IMG/VR virus record: IMGVR_UViG_3300046524_000568
DNA: 64,000 bases
DNA from: an uncultured virus (IMG/VR IMGVR_UViG_3300046524_000568)
Lineage: Duplodnaviria > Heunggongvirae > Uroviricota > Caudoviricetes
Direction: 5' to 3' (one strand)
Translations under genes and position numbers: made by a program
Shown here: one piece after another, positions 9,678 through 19,503 of the stretch
How positions within the stretch are numbered: position 1 is the first letter of the stretch
How the letters are laid out: every line of letters starts with the position of its first letter
The notes under the pieces: generated by a model
Databases searched by the model: none
What the model was told of the DNA's origin: nothing
Seen by the model: the letters and a program-made list of their open reading frames with translations, nothing else

Positions 9678-10058
9678 ATGAAATTCGTCGTTGTTACTGG
9701 CCTTATTCATCCGGATGACAAAAACAGCAAGCGCAGGCCCGCAGTCGTCCTTGGTCTCGTCAACGGTCGTGTGGCAGTCGCACCGGTGTCGACCAACCCG
9801 GCGCGGACCGGTGAAGTCCTTCCGGGCGGTGTACTGCTAACTTGCAAGAGCCCTGCGCACGCTGCTACCGGCTTTCACGCTGACACGGTCATTATCAGCA
9901 TCAAGGATGCAGCGCTCTACTCCATCGACTCGCAGTATGTGAAGAATTGCCGGCAGATTGGCGTTCTTGATACGACGATGGACAAGCGTGTGGGTGCAAA
10001 CCTGCAAGACCTGATGAGCACATACGACTTGCTGCATTGCAATCGCCGCTACGACTAA
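9678..10058 (+). CDS. PemK/MazF-like endoribonuclease fold protein
   Basis: RBS GGAGG; KRRPAVVL...VAVAPVST motif; terminator at ~10072-10100. Confidence 0.6.
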   Translation: MKFVVVTGLIHPDDKNSKRRPAVVLGLVNGRVAVAPVSTNPARTGEVLPGGVLLTCKSPAHAATGFHADTVIISIKDAALYSIDSQYVKNCRQIGVLDTTMDKRVGANLQDLMSTYDLLHCNRRYD

Positions 10059-10115
10059 AGCTACTAAACTCAAAATCGCTCCCTGACCGGAGCGATTTTC
10101 TATTTTGAGCGTGCT

Positions 10116-10364
10116 TTACCGATGCATCCCGGCCCAGAGCAAGAAGACGGCGAAGGTCAGCACGCCTAGCGCACGCAGGATGCGGCCATTGCGATGCATC
10201 TGACCGAATTCGGACTTCTTGATTTCCTGACGAAACGCCAGGTAGCCCAGCTTGGTTTTCAGCGTCGACTGGAACTTGACCGCCGCGCGAATTTCAAGAA
10301 ACGCTCCGGTGAGGATAAACAGGAAAGCGGCCACAAGGCTGCTGGCTGCGATGATAAGAAACAT
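10116..10364 (-). CDS. Small two-TM membrane protein
   Basis: Hydrophobic N- and C-terminal segments. Confidence 0.55.
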   Translation of the reverse strand: MFLIIAASSLVAAFLFILTGAFLEIRAAVKFQSTLKTKLGYLAFRQEIKKSEFGQMHRNGRILRALGVLTFAVFLLWAGMHR

Positions 10365-10523
10365 GGTGAATGAAAACTCCGTACTGGATTGCACGAGATG
10401 AGCGTTGGGCTCGCGTAATTCGGTATAGAGCAGGTGTGTTTGGCTGAAGAGCCGCATGGCGCCTGGCTCTTAAAGAAAAAGCCCAGCACGGATGCTGGGC
10501 TTGAGAGCTTGAATCTGGATTCG

Positions 10524-11024
10524 TCAGACTGCCAAGAGCAGTCGCGCCGCATACGTCTCGGAGATGCGCTGCGATACTTTTCCAGCAAACTGGTCGACCA
10601 GTTCGTAGACGACGTCGTCGGCAGCGTCTTGCTGGATGATGGCCATCGTACCGACCAGCGCGTTGTTTCCTTCGCTGATGTATTCGCCAACCAGCCACAG
10701 TTGACCCATTCCGTTGTCCGGCACAACCGGGCGAATCACGGCCATTTGCGGGCCGACTGCGGTCGCAAAGTCTTTTGTGGTGAAAATCGGATTATCGCGG
10801 TACGACTTCCACGGGTGCTGTTCATACGACTTCCAGCCATGCTCGGTGATGAGTCGGCCGATTGCCAGCTTTTCGAGGTCGATACGCACCGCATCACGGA
10901 CAACGAGCTGATGCGCGCCCGATTGTGCTTCGGCGACTGCCCCTGCCCAGCTCTTTGCGTCGACGATGAGTTCCACAATCTTGCTGGAACCGTCGCGCCG
11001 TCCACGTACTCGCCATTCTTTCAT
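10524..11024 (-). CDS. Hypothetical protein
   Basis: RBS GAGG; GCTATAC element at 11074. Confidence 0.65.
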   Translation of the reverse strand: MKEWRVRGRRDGSSKIVELIVDAKSWAGAVAEAQSGAHQLVVRDAVRIDLEKLAIGRLITEHGWKSYEQHPWKSYRDNPIFTTKDFATAVGPQMAVIRPVVPDNGMGQLWLVGEYISEGNNALVGTMAIIQQDAADDVVYELVDQFAGKVSQRISETYAARLLLAV

Positions 11025-11086
11025 GATGTGTCCTCTGGGCTATTCACTCAAGTTTAAAGGTTCCTACCTGAGCGTATAGCCCGCGG

Positions 11087-11521
11087 TCACGATTTCGACT
11101 GACGTGCGACCCAGGCGCGCATCGCGAGGTACTCCTTGACCATCACCGGCCGGCCTTCCGCCATCAAGAGATTTCGGTAATGCCGCAGCCCCGGGTTCTC
11201 CGCGCACAGGCGCCCGAGATGCTGGTTTTGTTCTTTTTGCACCCACGCGTATCGGCGGTGATTCAGCGCCGGAGTGAGTTGAAAAACGAGGAGAATACCG
11301 CAGCTCGAGAGAAAGATGCTGAGCGCGGCAAAGAGCACCACAACCGCGGGCTGAGGCATGGCGCCCATCGCTTCGGCGAGCTTGTACAGCGACAGAAAGA
11401 ACAGCGCGATGCTGGCGACCGCCGTGAAGCTCGCCATGCAGAATCGAAGATTACGTCGGATGTTGACGATTTGAGCCTCGGTCCAACGAGGCATCGTGAA
11501 ATCAGGCTGGTTATTTTCCAT
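11087..11521 (-). CDS. Two-TM membrane protein
   Basis: RBS GAGGTG; two hydrophobic helices. Confidence 0.6.
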   Translation of the reverse strand: MENNQPDFTMPRWTEAQIVNIRRNLRFCMASFTAVASIALFFLSLYKLAEAMGAMPQPAVVVLFAALSIFLSSCGILLVFQLTPALNHRRYAWVQKEQNQHLGRLCAENPGLRHYRNLLMAEGRPVMVKEYLAMRAWVARQSKS

Positions 11522-11526
11522 TTTGG

Positions 11527-11784
11527 TCACCTCACGTTTTGGGTATGCGCCGGCGCGGTAAGCGTCCGGGCAAGAAGCACCGCGCCGATAAGCGAAAGCG
11601 GCAAGACCGTGGCCCACACCGCGTACTCATGAGTCTGGGGATGGTGCTGGTCCACCCATGCAAACGCCGGCACCAGCCAGAAGCGACCGGTGGCCAGCAG
11701 CGCGCCGTAGTATGCAAAGACCACAGCGAGCCGCGCATAGAACGCGACATCCATGCCGTGGGTCATCTGCTTGAGTCGAGTCAT
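11527..11784 (-). CDS. Small two-TM membrane protein
   Basis: RBS AGGAG; hydrophobic segments; directly downstream of ruvB. Confidence 0.55.
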   Translation of the reverse strand: MTRLKQMTHGMDVAFYARLAVVFAYYGALLATGRFWLVPAFAWVDQHHPQTHEYAVWATVLPLSLIGAVLLARTLTAPAHTQNVR

Positions 11785-11806
11785 CTCCTGGCTCCCGTTT
11801 ATGTAT

Positions 11807-13024
11807 TCAATAGGTCGGAAGGTATTCGCCCGTTTTCGGGTCCCGCACGACACCAAGGCCACTCGGGTCCAGCTTCAGCACTGCGCTCTTCCCTTGCCCG
11901 GCCGGATGGATACCGCCGACATACACCGGGCCACCAGCGCGCGAGGCCTGCACGGGTGGCTGACCAGGACAGGCGCCGAGATGCTCACGACCCAGCTCGG
12001 TGATGACGCGGCCGCGCGGTGTGCGCTGCAGAAGCCCCTGCTGAATGAGGAACGGCTCGACCGCATCCTCCACCGTGTCTTCCGCTTCACTGATGGCAGC
12101 GCAAAGCGTGTTCAGGCCAACCGGGCCGCCGTTATAGAAATCGACCATGGCCTGAAGCAGCCGGCGGTCAATCGAATCCAGCCCGCGCGAGTCGACGCCG
12201 AGCATCGCAAGTGCCGCCTGCGCATCGAGCGAGGCGACTTCGTTCTTGTTTGCACCGAGAACCGTCGCGTAGTCGCGAACACGACGCAGAAGCCGGTTGG
12301 CAATACGCGGCGTGCCGCGCGAGCGCCGGGCTACTTCGAGCGCTGCGTCAGGGGCCATACCCACACCCAGAAGCCCCGCCGAGCGGTTCACGATGGCCTC
12401 AAGCTCCTCGTCGGTGTAGAACTCCATGCGCCCGGTAATACCGAAGCGGTCGCGCAGTGGCGCAGAGAGACTGCCCGCACGCGTGGTGGCGCCAACGAGC
12501 GTGAAGGGAGCCAGCGGCACGGTGACCGTGCGGGCCTCCTGCCCTTCTCCGACCAGGATGTCGAGCTTGTAGTCTTCCATCGCCGGGTACAGCATTTCCT
12601 CAACAACGGGAGGCATCCGGTGAATCTCGTCGATGAAGAGCACGTCGTGCGGATTGAGTCCGGTGAGCAGCGCGGCGATGTCGCCCGGCTTCTCGAGCAC
12701 CGGCCCCGTTGTCACCTTGAGCCCGACACCCAGCTCAGCCGCGATGATTTGCGCGAGCGTCGTCTTGCCCAGACCCGGCGGGCCGGACAGCAGTACATGG
12801 TCGAGCGCCTCGGCGCGATGCTTGGCCGCGTTGAGGAAAATGGTAAGCTGCGCGCGCAGCGCCTGCTGACCGATGTAGTCTGCGAGGCGCTTGGGGCGCA
12901 GCGCACGGTCTTCGACCGGTTCACCGGCCTGTGCAACTGGAGAGACGATGGGTGCGAGCGCCGGCGGCGCGGCGTCCGTCCTATCCTTCGCGCTCGAGCG
13001 GCGCTTGCGCGGAGTTGCAGTCAT
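11807..13024 (-). CDS. ruvB: Holliday junction branch migration ATPase RuvB
   Basis: [80 protein letters not shown]. Confidence 0.97.
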   Translation of the reverse strand: MTATPRKRRSSAKDRTDAAPPALAPIVSPVAQAGEPVEDRALRPKRLADYIGQQALRAQLTIFLNAAKHRAEALDHVLLSGPPGLGKTTLAQIIAAELGVGLKVTTGPVLEKPGDIAALLTGLNPHDVLFIDEIHRMPPVVEEMLYPAMEDYKLDILVGEGQEARTVTVPLAPFTLVGATTRAGSLSAPLRDRFGITGRMEFYTDEELEAIVNRSAGLLGVGMAPDAALEVARRSRGTPRIANRLLRRVRDYATVLGANKNEVASLDAQAALAMLGVDSRGLDSIDRRLLQAMVDFYNGGPVGLNTLCAAISEAEDTVEDAVEPFLIQQGLLQRTPRGRVITELGREHLGACPGQPPVQASRAGGPVYVGGIHPAGQGKSAVLKLDPSGLGVVRDPKTGEYLPTY

Positions 13025-13078
13025 GCGTGTTCCTTCAGAAGTGTCGTTGTTCGGTATATCGTCGACCGGTCACCGGAT

Positions 13079-13444
13079 TTACGAAGGCGAGCGCGGCTTG
13101 CGCTTGGAAGCACGCAGCTGAATGTCCACGAGAACGGAAGTGATGCCGACCACTGCGAAGAACCCCATGATTCCGCGCGGCAGAATGTACCCGTCGGGCA
13201 CATCACCCAACAGTCCCAGCGCGGCGGAACCCAGCAGAATGATGGCGTACGCCAGGAACAGGTCCCTGCGGGCGTGAGCGCTAGCCGGAACCTCGCCCGT
13301 GCCGTCAGGCAGGGCCGAGTGCTCCATTGGGGCAGCCGGCGCAGCGGGTGTCATCGTGGATAGCTTTACCCGCATCCGGCCATCCGACATCCGGTACGCC
13401 GCAACGCTGCCGTCCACGTTGTACACAACATCCTCTATCGCCAT
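13079..13444 (-). CDS. Membrane protein
   Basis: Two C-terminal TM segments; start uncertain. Confidence 0.5.
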   Translation of the reverse strand: MAIEDVVYNVDGSVAAYRMSDGRMRVKLSTMTPAAPAAPMEHSALPDGTGEVPASAHARRDLFLAYAIILLGSAALGLLGDVPDGYILPRGIMGFFAVVGITSVLVDIQLRASKRKPRSPS

Positions 13445-13501
13445 CACGCGCCCCAGCAAAGACCAACGGTTAAGCCGCGCGGTGCGCGGCGGCAGGTGCC
13501 C

Positions 13502-13876
13502 TTAGGCTGCGGCCAGAATGGTGGCTTCGGCCCGCAGGCCGGTGACGCCGGCGTAGTACAGCGATGCGGTGATGGCCATCGAATCCTTCTGGATTTCCTG
13601 GTACACATGCAACGCTTCTTTCAGGTCCTTGAATGCGAGATACGGGACTTCTTCGTGGACGAGCGCCGCCGTTTCGGTGAACCCGTGGCCCGAGAGTTGC
13701 GACACGAGCGACTCGAGGCTCTTGTGGTTTCGACTGTCGACGCTCGGATACGCGATATGGACAAGGGCTACTCCCTTGCCCATCGCGGCGGACAACGCGC
13801 AGCGAACCTCGTCAGCGGTCAGACTGGCTACGCCCTTGTCGGGAGCGAACGAAACGAGACCTTGTGCAGTGTTCAT
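13502..13876 (-). CDS. Hypothetical protein
   Basis: TGCTATAGT extended -10 upstream (~13914-13922, - strand). Confidence 0.55.
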   Translation of the reverse strand: MNTAQGLVSFAPDKGVASLTADEVRCALSAAMGKGVALVHIAYPSVDSRNHKSLESLVSQLSGHGFTETAALVHEEVPYLAFKDLKEALHVYQEIQKDSMAITASLYYAGVTGLRAEATILAAA

Positions 13877-13972
13877 ACGGATTTGCTTGTTACTGATGGT
13901 TGCAGGAACTAATACTATAGCATTTTAATGCTATTTTGTCCACGCCAGTAACGATGTTCGACGAACAGTCGC

Positions 13973-14596
13973 TCAATGCATGAGCGCGTGATGCTCGAGC
14001 AGCGGAATCACGAACACCCGGAAGGCGAGGAAGGCTGTGAAGAGCGTGAATGCCATATTGAACGCGGCCATCATGACATCGGGCTTCAGCTTGCGCGCGA
14101 CGTCCTCCGCCAGGCGCTTCATGTCCGGGCCGAGCCATTCGACGGCTTTTCGCTCGTAGAACTGACGCGACGTCAGCTCGGTCTCAATAGCTCCCCGAAC
14201 CTCGAGCGCGAGAGTCTGAGTCACGCTGTGCGTCTTACACAGGCGCCATATGATGGCTCGGTATTCGTACGCCGAGTAAAGGGTGTAGCCGAACACGCAT
14301 GCGTAGCCCAGATAGAAGGGCCAGGGCTGACGAAGAAGATACACCGGCACGAGCGAGAGCATGAGTAGCCCGTTCTGCCAGACGATGGAGAAGATGACTT
14401 TGCGGTGCGCCTGCGCAATCAACGCCTGAGCCTTGATGCAGGCCTCCTCGCGGATTTTCTGTGCGACAGCTTCCGAGATGAATTCCCTGGCTGCGTCAAC
14501 GGCACCCAGCGCCGGGAATATCGAAGTCAGCGCCGTTTTTGCGGTGCCCAACAGCCGCGAACCCCACGACGGGGCCTCGTTTGACTCAGTACTCAC
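13973..14596 (-). CDS. Membrane protein
   Basis: RBS GGAG, TGGTATACT promoter at 14629-14637; three hydrophobic segments. Confidence 0.7.
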   Translation of the reverse strand: MSTESNEAPSWGSRLLGTAKTALTSIFPALGAVDAAREFISEAVAQKIREEACIKAQALIAQAHRKVIFSIVWQNGLLMLSLVPVYLLRQPWPFYLGYACVFGYTLYSAYEYRAIIWRLCKTHSVTQTLALEVRGAIETELTSRQFYERKAVEWLGPDMKRLAEDVARKLKPDVMMAAFNMAFTLFTAFLAFRVFVIPLLEHHALMH

Positions 14597-14709
14597 GTGC
14601 GATTACTCCAGAATGGATGACTAAAATTAGTATACCATGCAATCAGTAATCGACGAGTCGGCCGACGGGCTATACGGAATCAGGCCAACTCACTTATGAA
14701 AGGAACACC

Positions 14710-15507
14710 ATGACACTTGAAATCACCCTCCCGCTTGACGATGATGACGAGCGCATCATCGAGCTGAACGCCGACCAGAAAGCGGTCGCGTTGAAGCACA
14801 TCATCGAGCTGCAGCAGGCGATGGGCACAGTCGCAAGCGTCCTCAAGGGACCCGACGCGAGTGTGTTCAAGGACGGATTGCCGCGCGGGCTCGCGACCAA
14901 TTGCCTGTCGCTGGCGGAGCACCGCATGGCCGACCTGGGCAAATTGCTCGGTATCGAGACCGATTCGGCCGCCGAGATGGAAAACCGGTTTGCACGCGTG
15001 CGTGCGGCCAACATGCGCGTGCGCGAGCTCGAGGCACAGCTCGGCACCGCTCAAGGCCCGGACGTGACGAAAGCCTGTCTGAAACAACTGGACGCGCAGC
15101 TCAACAGCTGGTGGGACCTTGAAGGGTTTGGCCACATCAGCGACCTGTCGTTCGGCAAGTATGGCTGCAAGGCCAAGTTCAGCTGTTCGCTTTTCGGCGA
15201 CTTCAGCTTCCAGTCGGACACTCCCGTGTCGGATAAGGAACGCAGGGTCCTTTGGCACGCCAGCCTGCAGGAACGTGGCTTCGTGCTGGAACAGGATGGC
15301 CGTGATTGGGAAATCCGTGATTGCGACGCAAGCCGTGACGCACTGATGAAGCTTTTTGCTCTGCGCCTGCCCTCGGCCAAAGTCACGTCGTTCGATAACC
15401 ACCAGGGTCACTCGAGCGGATTCAAAATGCGCGCAGTCGAGGTCTTCATCTACGAGCTGGCGGAAATCGGCAATCTGCCGCAAAAGCCACCGAAGCCAGC
15501 AAAGTAA
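14710..15507 (+). CDS. Hypothetical protein
   Basis: RBS AAGGA; GCTATACGG at 14669; terminator follows. Confidence 0.75.
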   Translation: MTLEITLPLDDDDERIIELNADQKAVALKHIIELQQAMGTVASVLKGPDASVFKDGLPRGLATNCLSLAEHRMADLGKLLGIETDSAAEMENRFARVRAANMRVRELEAQLGTAQGPDVTKACLKQLDAQLNSWWDLEGFGHISDLSFGKYGCKAKFSCSLFGDFSFQSDTPVSDKERRVLWHASLQERGFVLEQDGRDWEIRDCDASRDALMKLFALRLPSAKVTSFDNHQGHSSGFKMRAVEVFIYELAEIGNLPQKPPKPAK

Positions 15508-15528
15508 TTCGACTCAGCAACTCCTCGC

Positions 15529-15553
15529 ACCCGGGCACCTGCCCGGGTTTTTT
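15529..15553 (+). terminator. Rho-independent terminator
   Basis: ACCCGGGCA/TGCCCGGGT stem plus T run. Confidence 0.75.
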
Positions 15554-15614
15554 CATTCGGGCGGCCGCGGCCTATACGGGACTGCAGGCCAACTATTATT
15601 TTGCGAGGAATCTC

Positions 15615-16004
15615 ATGAACATCGACCAAATCAATGCGCTGAACCGTTTCGCTCTCGAACACAAACGTGGCTGGAAAGACAGGCTCGTTTCGAGCTGGAT
15701 GTGCGGTATCTATCCGGTGACCACGAGCGCCTCCGACCAGTGCCTGTTGCAGCAGTTGCGCAACAATGGCGGCGCGGAACTGTTGGACACATTCCGCCCG
15801 CGTGAAGACGGCTTCAAAACGGTCGGCTACTTCAAGCGTGACCGCATGGAACGCTTTAACACGAAGCGTGGCTGGTTCGTGACTGCCTGGCGCATCGTGA
15901 CTGAAGCGGGTTCCGACCTGGTCCAGCCGTGGGACATGCGCAAGTCCGAGGCAAAAGAAACGGCCAACGAACTGGGCATTTTCATCGTAGGTGCACTCCA
16001 GTAA
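15615..16004 (+). CDS. Hypothetical protein
   Basis: RBS GAGGA; CCTATACGG at 15571; terminator at ~16027-16052. Confidence 0.7.
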   Translation: MNIDQINALNRFALEHKRGWKDRLVSSWMCGIYPVTTSASDQCLLQQLRNNGGAELLDTFRPREDGFKTVGYFKRDRMERFNTKRGWFVTAWRIVTEAGSDLVQPWDMRKSEAKETANELGIFIVGALQ

Positions 16005-16130
16005 CCGTCGACCAACTCGTCACTCAGCGCCCTTCTTCAGGGCGCTTTTTTTATTGCTACCGTCTCGATGCGTAAGGCTTTCACGCGCCTTGACCCTTAT
16101 ACTGGCTAGGACAATTACTGAGGTACGTGA

Positions 16131-16643
16131 ATGGTTTCGTTTCAGTTTTTCTGGTGGGCTATCGAAGATTCGGTCAAGCAATACCCCTTCGCAATTGGCG
16201 TGTACTTCTTGTTTTCGCACATGATGCTCGTCATTCATGAAGGCGGCCATGCTGTTGCTGGAGCGCTACTTGGCGTTCCTTCAACGGGAATCCGGATTGG
16301 AACCAGGCCGATATTTAAGGTAGTTGTGCTCGGCTATTCCATCACCGTGGGCTGGCTGCCTGCCTCGGGCCACACGACTTTCGTGGATGAAGGGAATTTT
16401 CCGGACACGTGGCAGGTACTGGTGACGTACCTTGCTGGCCCATTGTCGGTCGTATGTGCGGGACCGCTGTTTTTTCTGCTGGTCCAGCATAGCCACTTTT
16501 ATACGGCGTCGATTTTTGGAGCCTTGTTCGTCCTTTCCGGGATTTGCGACCTTCGCAAAAACTGCCCGGATGGGCTAGCCCTACGTCGACTGTGGAAGGT
16601 TTTGCGCCCGGAAAGGTTGAAAGAGGCTGGGCAAATCGAATAA
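16131..16643 (+). CDS. M50-family (site-2) intramembrane zinc metalloprotease
   Basis: HEGGH in TM segment, LAGP motif, C-terminal PDG. Confidence 0.8.
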   Translation: MVSFQFFWWAIEDSVKQYPFAIGVYFLFSHMMLVIHEGGHAVAGALLGVPSTGIRIGTRPIFKVVVLGYSITVGWLPASGHTTFVDEGNFPDTWQVLVTYLAGPLSVVCAGPLFFLLVQHSHFYTASIFGALFVLSGICDLRKNCPDGLALRRLWKVLRPERLKEAGQIE

Positions 16644-16694
16644 CTCAACGCCGCGAGACTCTCGCGGCGTTTTTCTGTCAGCCCCGGGTATGGC

Positions 16695-18638
16695 TCAGCG
16701 GTAGCTGACGACCATCGGACCGTTCTGGATGTTGTAGTGCCACGATGCGTTTGCCAACCCGCCGCCGCCGGTAACATGCAGCCCGCTGCTGTTGCCCCCC
16801 GACCAGAAAATCGTCGGGTAGTTGTCAGCCCCTTGCCCGGCAATGCTCTGGGTGGAGTTGAACTGCGCCAGGCCTGCAGAGCTTACGGACCACAGTGACG
16901 TCGGGTCGTAAGTCGTTTGCGTGTTGTAGTTCGCGAGCAGCCCCTGGCGCAGGTTGTTCAGCATCGTTGCGCTCGTCGTCCAGGCGGCGTTACTTGTGCC
17001 ATATTCGGAGATGCGCACTTCCGACGACAGATTCGCCAGGGCAATCGCAACCGACGCGGTCAGGTACGACCCGTTCGCTTCACCCGGAACCGGCGGCGAG
17101 CCTGCGGGAGCTTCGTTGAAGCTGGCGCCCGCGTAATACCGGGTATCGTGCAGCGCTTCGATGACGGTGTAGCCACCGCCGTTTGTTGTCATGTCGCAGT
17201 ACACGTCGTACGACGCACCGCCCGGGGTGATGCGATAAATACCGTCGCCCGTGGCACCCTGGTAGTAGTGCGGCGCGCTTGGATTGCGATATGCATTGCA
17301 AGTCGACGCATAGGTACCATCCGCGTACGCGCGATAGCCGCTGAGCTGCTTGATGGACCCAGTGATGGGCAGCGAGTACGACTGGGTAGCCGTCTTGCCC
17401 TTGTACGAGGCCTGCACCTGGACAGTCGACGATACCGCGGTTGTCGTCGGCGTGCCGCCAATGACGCCGGCAGTCGAGAGGTTCATGCCCGCGGGCAACG
17501 CGCCGCCTGTCACCGACCATGTGACGCCGGCGCCGGTGCCGGCATAAGCGCCGTCGCCGTTCACGTTGACCGACGGCTTCAGGTCGAAACCTGAACCATT
17601 GTTATAGGCAATGCCCACGATGCCGCCCGGCGGCGTGGCCGCGGCCAATGCGACCGTGATGGCGCCCACCACGACCTGATAGCCCTGCATGCCCGATTTC
17701 GTCTTGTACGCGGCCTTCACCGTGAACGGAAAAGTACCTTCGGCCGTAGCACTTCCCGTGATGACGCCATCAGCTCCGATGCTGAGGCCGGCAGGCAGCG
17801 CGCCGCTGGTGACGCTCCAGCTCACGCCCGAGCTCGAATAGGCTGCGTCGCCCGACACCGTGAGCAGCGTCTTCAGGTCATAGCTGTAAGCTGTGCCCTG
17901 CTTTGCATCAGGCAAGGACGCGGTTTGCAGGCCGACCGTGATGGCACCGACAACAACCTGATAGCCCTGGATGCCGGACTTCGTCCGATATGCGGCCCTC
18001 ACCGTGAACGGGTACGTCCCTTCCGCGGTGGCCACACCCGTGATGAGGCCATCCGCTCCCAGGCTCAGGCCCGCGGGAAGGTTGCCGCTCGCGATGCTCC
18101 AGCTGACTCCCGCGCCCGAGTAGCTCGAGTCCCCGGTCACCGACAGGCGCGTCTTCATGTCGTAGCTGTACGTTGCGCCCTGGGTCGCATTCGGCAATGC
18201 CGCACTGCCGAGACTCACCTGCAGGTTCATCACGCTGACCTGAAAAGTGTTCGTGCCCGATTTTGTTCGGTAAACCGCCGTGACCACGAAGCTTGATGTG
18301 CCGGCTGCGGTTGGCGTCCCGGTGAGTTTGCCGGTCGCGTTCAGCGTGAGCCCCGCAGGCAGCGCGCCGGCGGAGACGTACCAGCGCACGTTCGATGGAT
18401 TGAAATTCTGGTCGCCTGTGACTTGCAGGGCCTGGTTGAAGTCGAAACCCGGGTAGGCGTCACCTACAAACCCCGCGGGCGGTGTGTAGGCGCTCAGCGA
18501 TACGGAGATGTTGGCCGCGCCGGTGTCAGTGCGCGCGGGGACTGGCACGACGACGTAATAGTTGGACGCGAACGCGGACATGCTGGCAGCCAGGGCAGCA
18601 GCGACGAGAGTCTTGCGAAGGAGAGCTTTGGATGACAT
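16695..18638 (-). CDS. Secreted Ig-repeat surface protein #2 with fibrinogen-related C-terminal domain
   Basis: Signal peptide, NYYVVVPVP, four Ig-like repeats, GDGIYRI...VYCDMTTNGGGYT. Confidence 0.88.
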   Translation of the reverse strand: MSSKALLRKTLVAAALAASMSAFASNYYVVVPVPARTDTGAANISVSLSAYTPPAGFVGDAYPGFDFNQALQVTGDQNFNPSNVRWYVSAGALPAGLTLNATGKLTGTPTAAGTSSFVVTAVYRTKSGTNTFQVSVMNLQVSLGSAALPNATQGATYSYDMKTRLSVTGDSSYSGAGVSWSIASGNLPAGLSLGADGLITGVATAEGTYPFTVRAAYRTKSGIQGYQVVVGAITVGLQTASLPDAKQGTAYSYDLKTLLTVSGDAAYSSSGVSWSVTSGALPAGLSIGADGVITGSATAEGTFPFTVKAAYKTKSGMQGYQVVVGAITVALAAATPPGGIVGIAYNNGSGFDLKPSVNVNGDGAYAGTGAGVTWSVTGGALPAGMNLSTAGVIGGTPTTTAVSSTVQVQASYKGKTATQSYSLPITGSIKQLSGYRAYADGTYASTCNAYRNPSAPHYYQGATGDGIYRITPGGASYDVYCDMTTNGGGYTVIEALHDTRYYAGASFNEAPAGSPPVPGEANGSYLTASVAIALANLSSEVRISEYGTSNAAWTTSATMLNNLRQGLLANYNTQTTYDPTSLWSVSSAGLAQFNSTQSIAGQGADNYPTIFWSGGNSSGLHVTGGGGLANASWHYNIQNGPMVVSYR

Positions 18639-18816
18639 TTGGCGGTATACCTTGGGGTCTGCAGTGGTATAGCGCCGGGAACCCTGCACTGACTGGATGC
18701 AGGATGGAAAAAGACCGCGTTTTTTGTGCTCCACGGTCGAAGCAGAATACTCAAAAAGAGGGTCTACGCTCCCTCACCGATACACCCAGACGGCATCGTT
18801 CACCGGCCTTGCCGGC

Positions 18817-19461
18817 TTAAATGGTGACGAGCTTGCGGCTCAATGCGTAACGCATGATGTCCGCGTTGGTTTTCAGCCCGAGCTTTTTCAGCACGCGCGA
18901 GCGAAATGTCGAGATGGTGCCCACCTCAACATTAATGGCCACCGCGACCTCGGAGGGCGACTTGCCCGCTGCGAGATGGCACATCACCTGGTACTCACGT
19001 TCCGAGAGCTTTTCGTGCGGATTGGCCGACGGCACACCGCCCGCCTGCATGACCAGCGCCTCGGCGTACTCCGGGCTCACATACCGGCCACCCGTGGCCA
19101 CTTTCTGGCACGCCGCCAGAAATTCCGACGGGTCGCACGTCTTGTTGATGAAGCCGCTCCCACCGACCTTGAAAACCCGGCCGGCCGCCGCGGAATCAGG
19201 CATGAGGCTGTGCACAAGAATCGGCTGCTTGTAGCCCGCCGAGCGCAGCTCCTGAATCAATTCCAGCCCATCTCCGTCAGGCAACTGCAGGTCCAGCACC
19301 ATCAGGGTCCAGCCCGTCGTACGGACAGCCATGCGCGCCTGCTGAAGCGAGGACGCTTCATAGCAAATCGACCATCCCAGTTCCTGCACAAGCATGGCGA
19401 TGCCTTTGCGCACCATGCTGTGGTCATCGACAACTACAACCTCTGGCACACTCACCGTCAA
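18817..19461 (-). CDS. NarL/FixJ-family response regulator (REC + LuxR HTH)
   Basis: VVDDH, LDLQLPDGDG, LSEREYQV...TISTFRSRVLKKLG. Confidence 0.92.
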   Translation of the reverse strand: MTVSVPEVVVVDDHSMVRKGIAMLVQELGWSICYEASSLQQARMAVRTTGWTLMVLDLQLPDGDGLELIQELRSAGYKQPILVHSLMPDSAAAGRVFKVGGSGFINKTCDPSEFLAACQKVATGGRYVSPEYAEALVMQAGGVPSANPHEKLSEREYQVMCHLAAGKSPSEVAVAINVEVGTISTFRSRVLKKLGLKTNADIMRYALSRKLVTI

Positions 19462-19503
19462 TCCCTCGTTCTATTTTGTGTTGTTGTTTTACCGCCGAAT
19501 GCC

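Noticed and set aside
11753..13363. 536-aa + strand ORF
   Set aside because: Antisense shadow of ruvB; Arg-rich and no motifs
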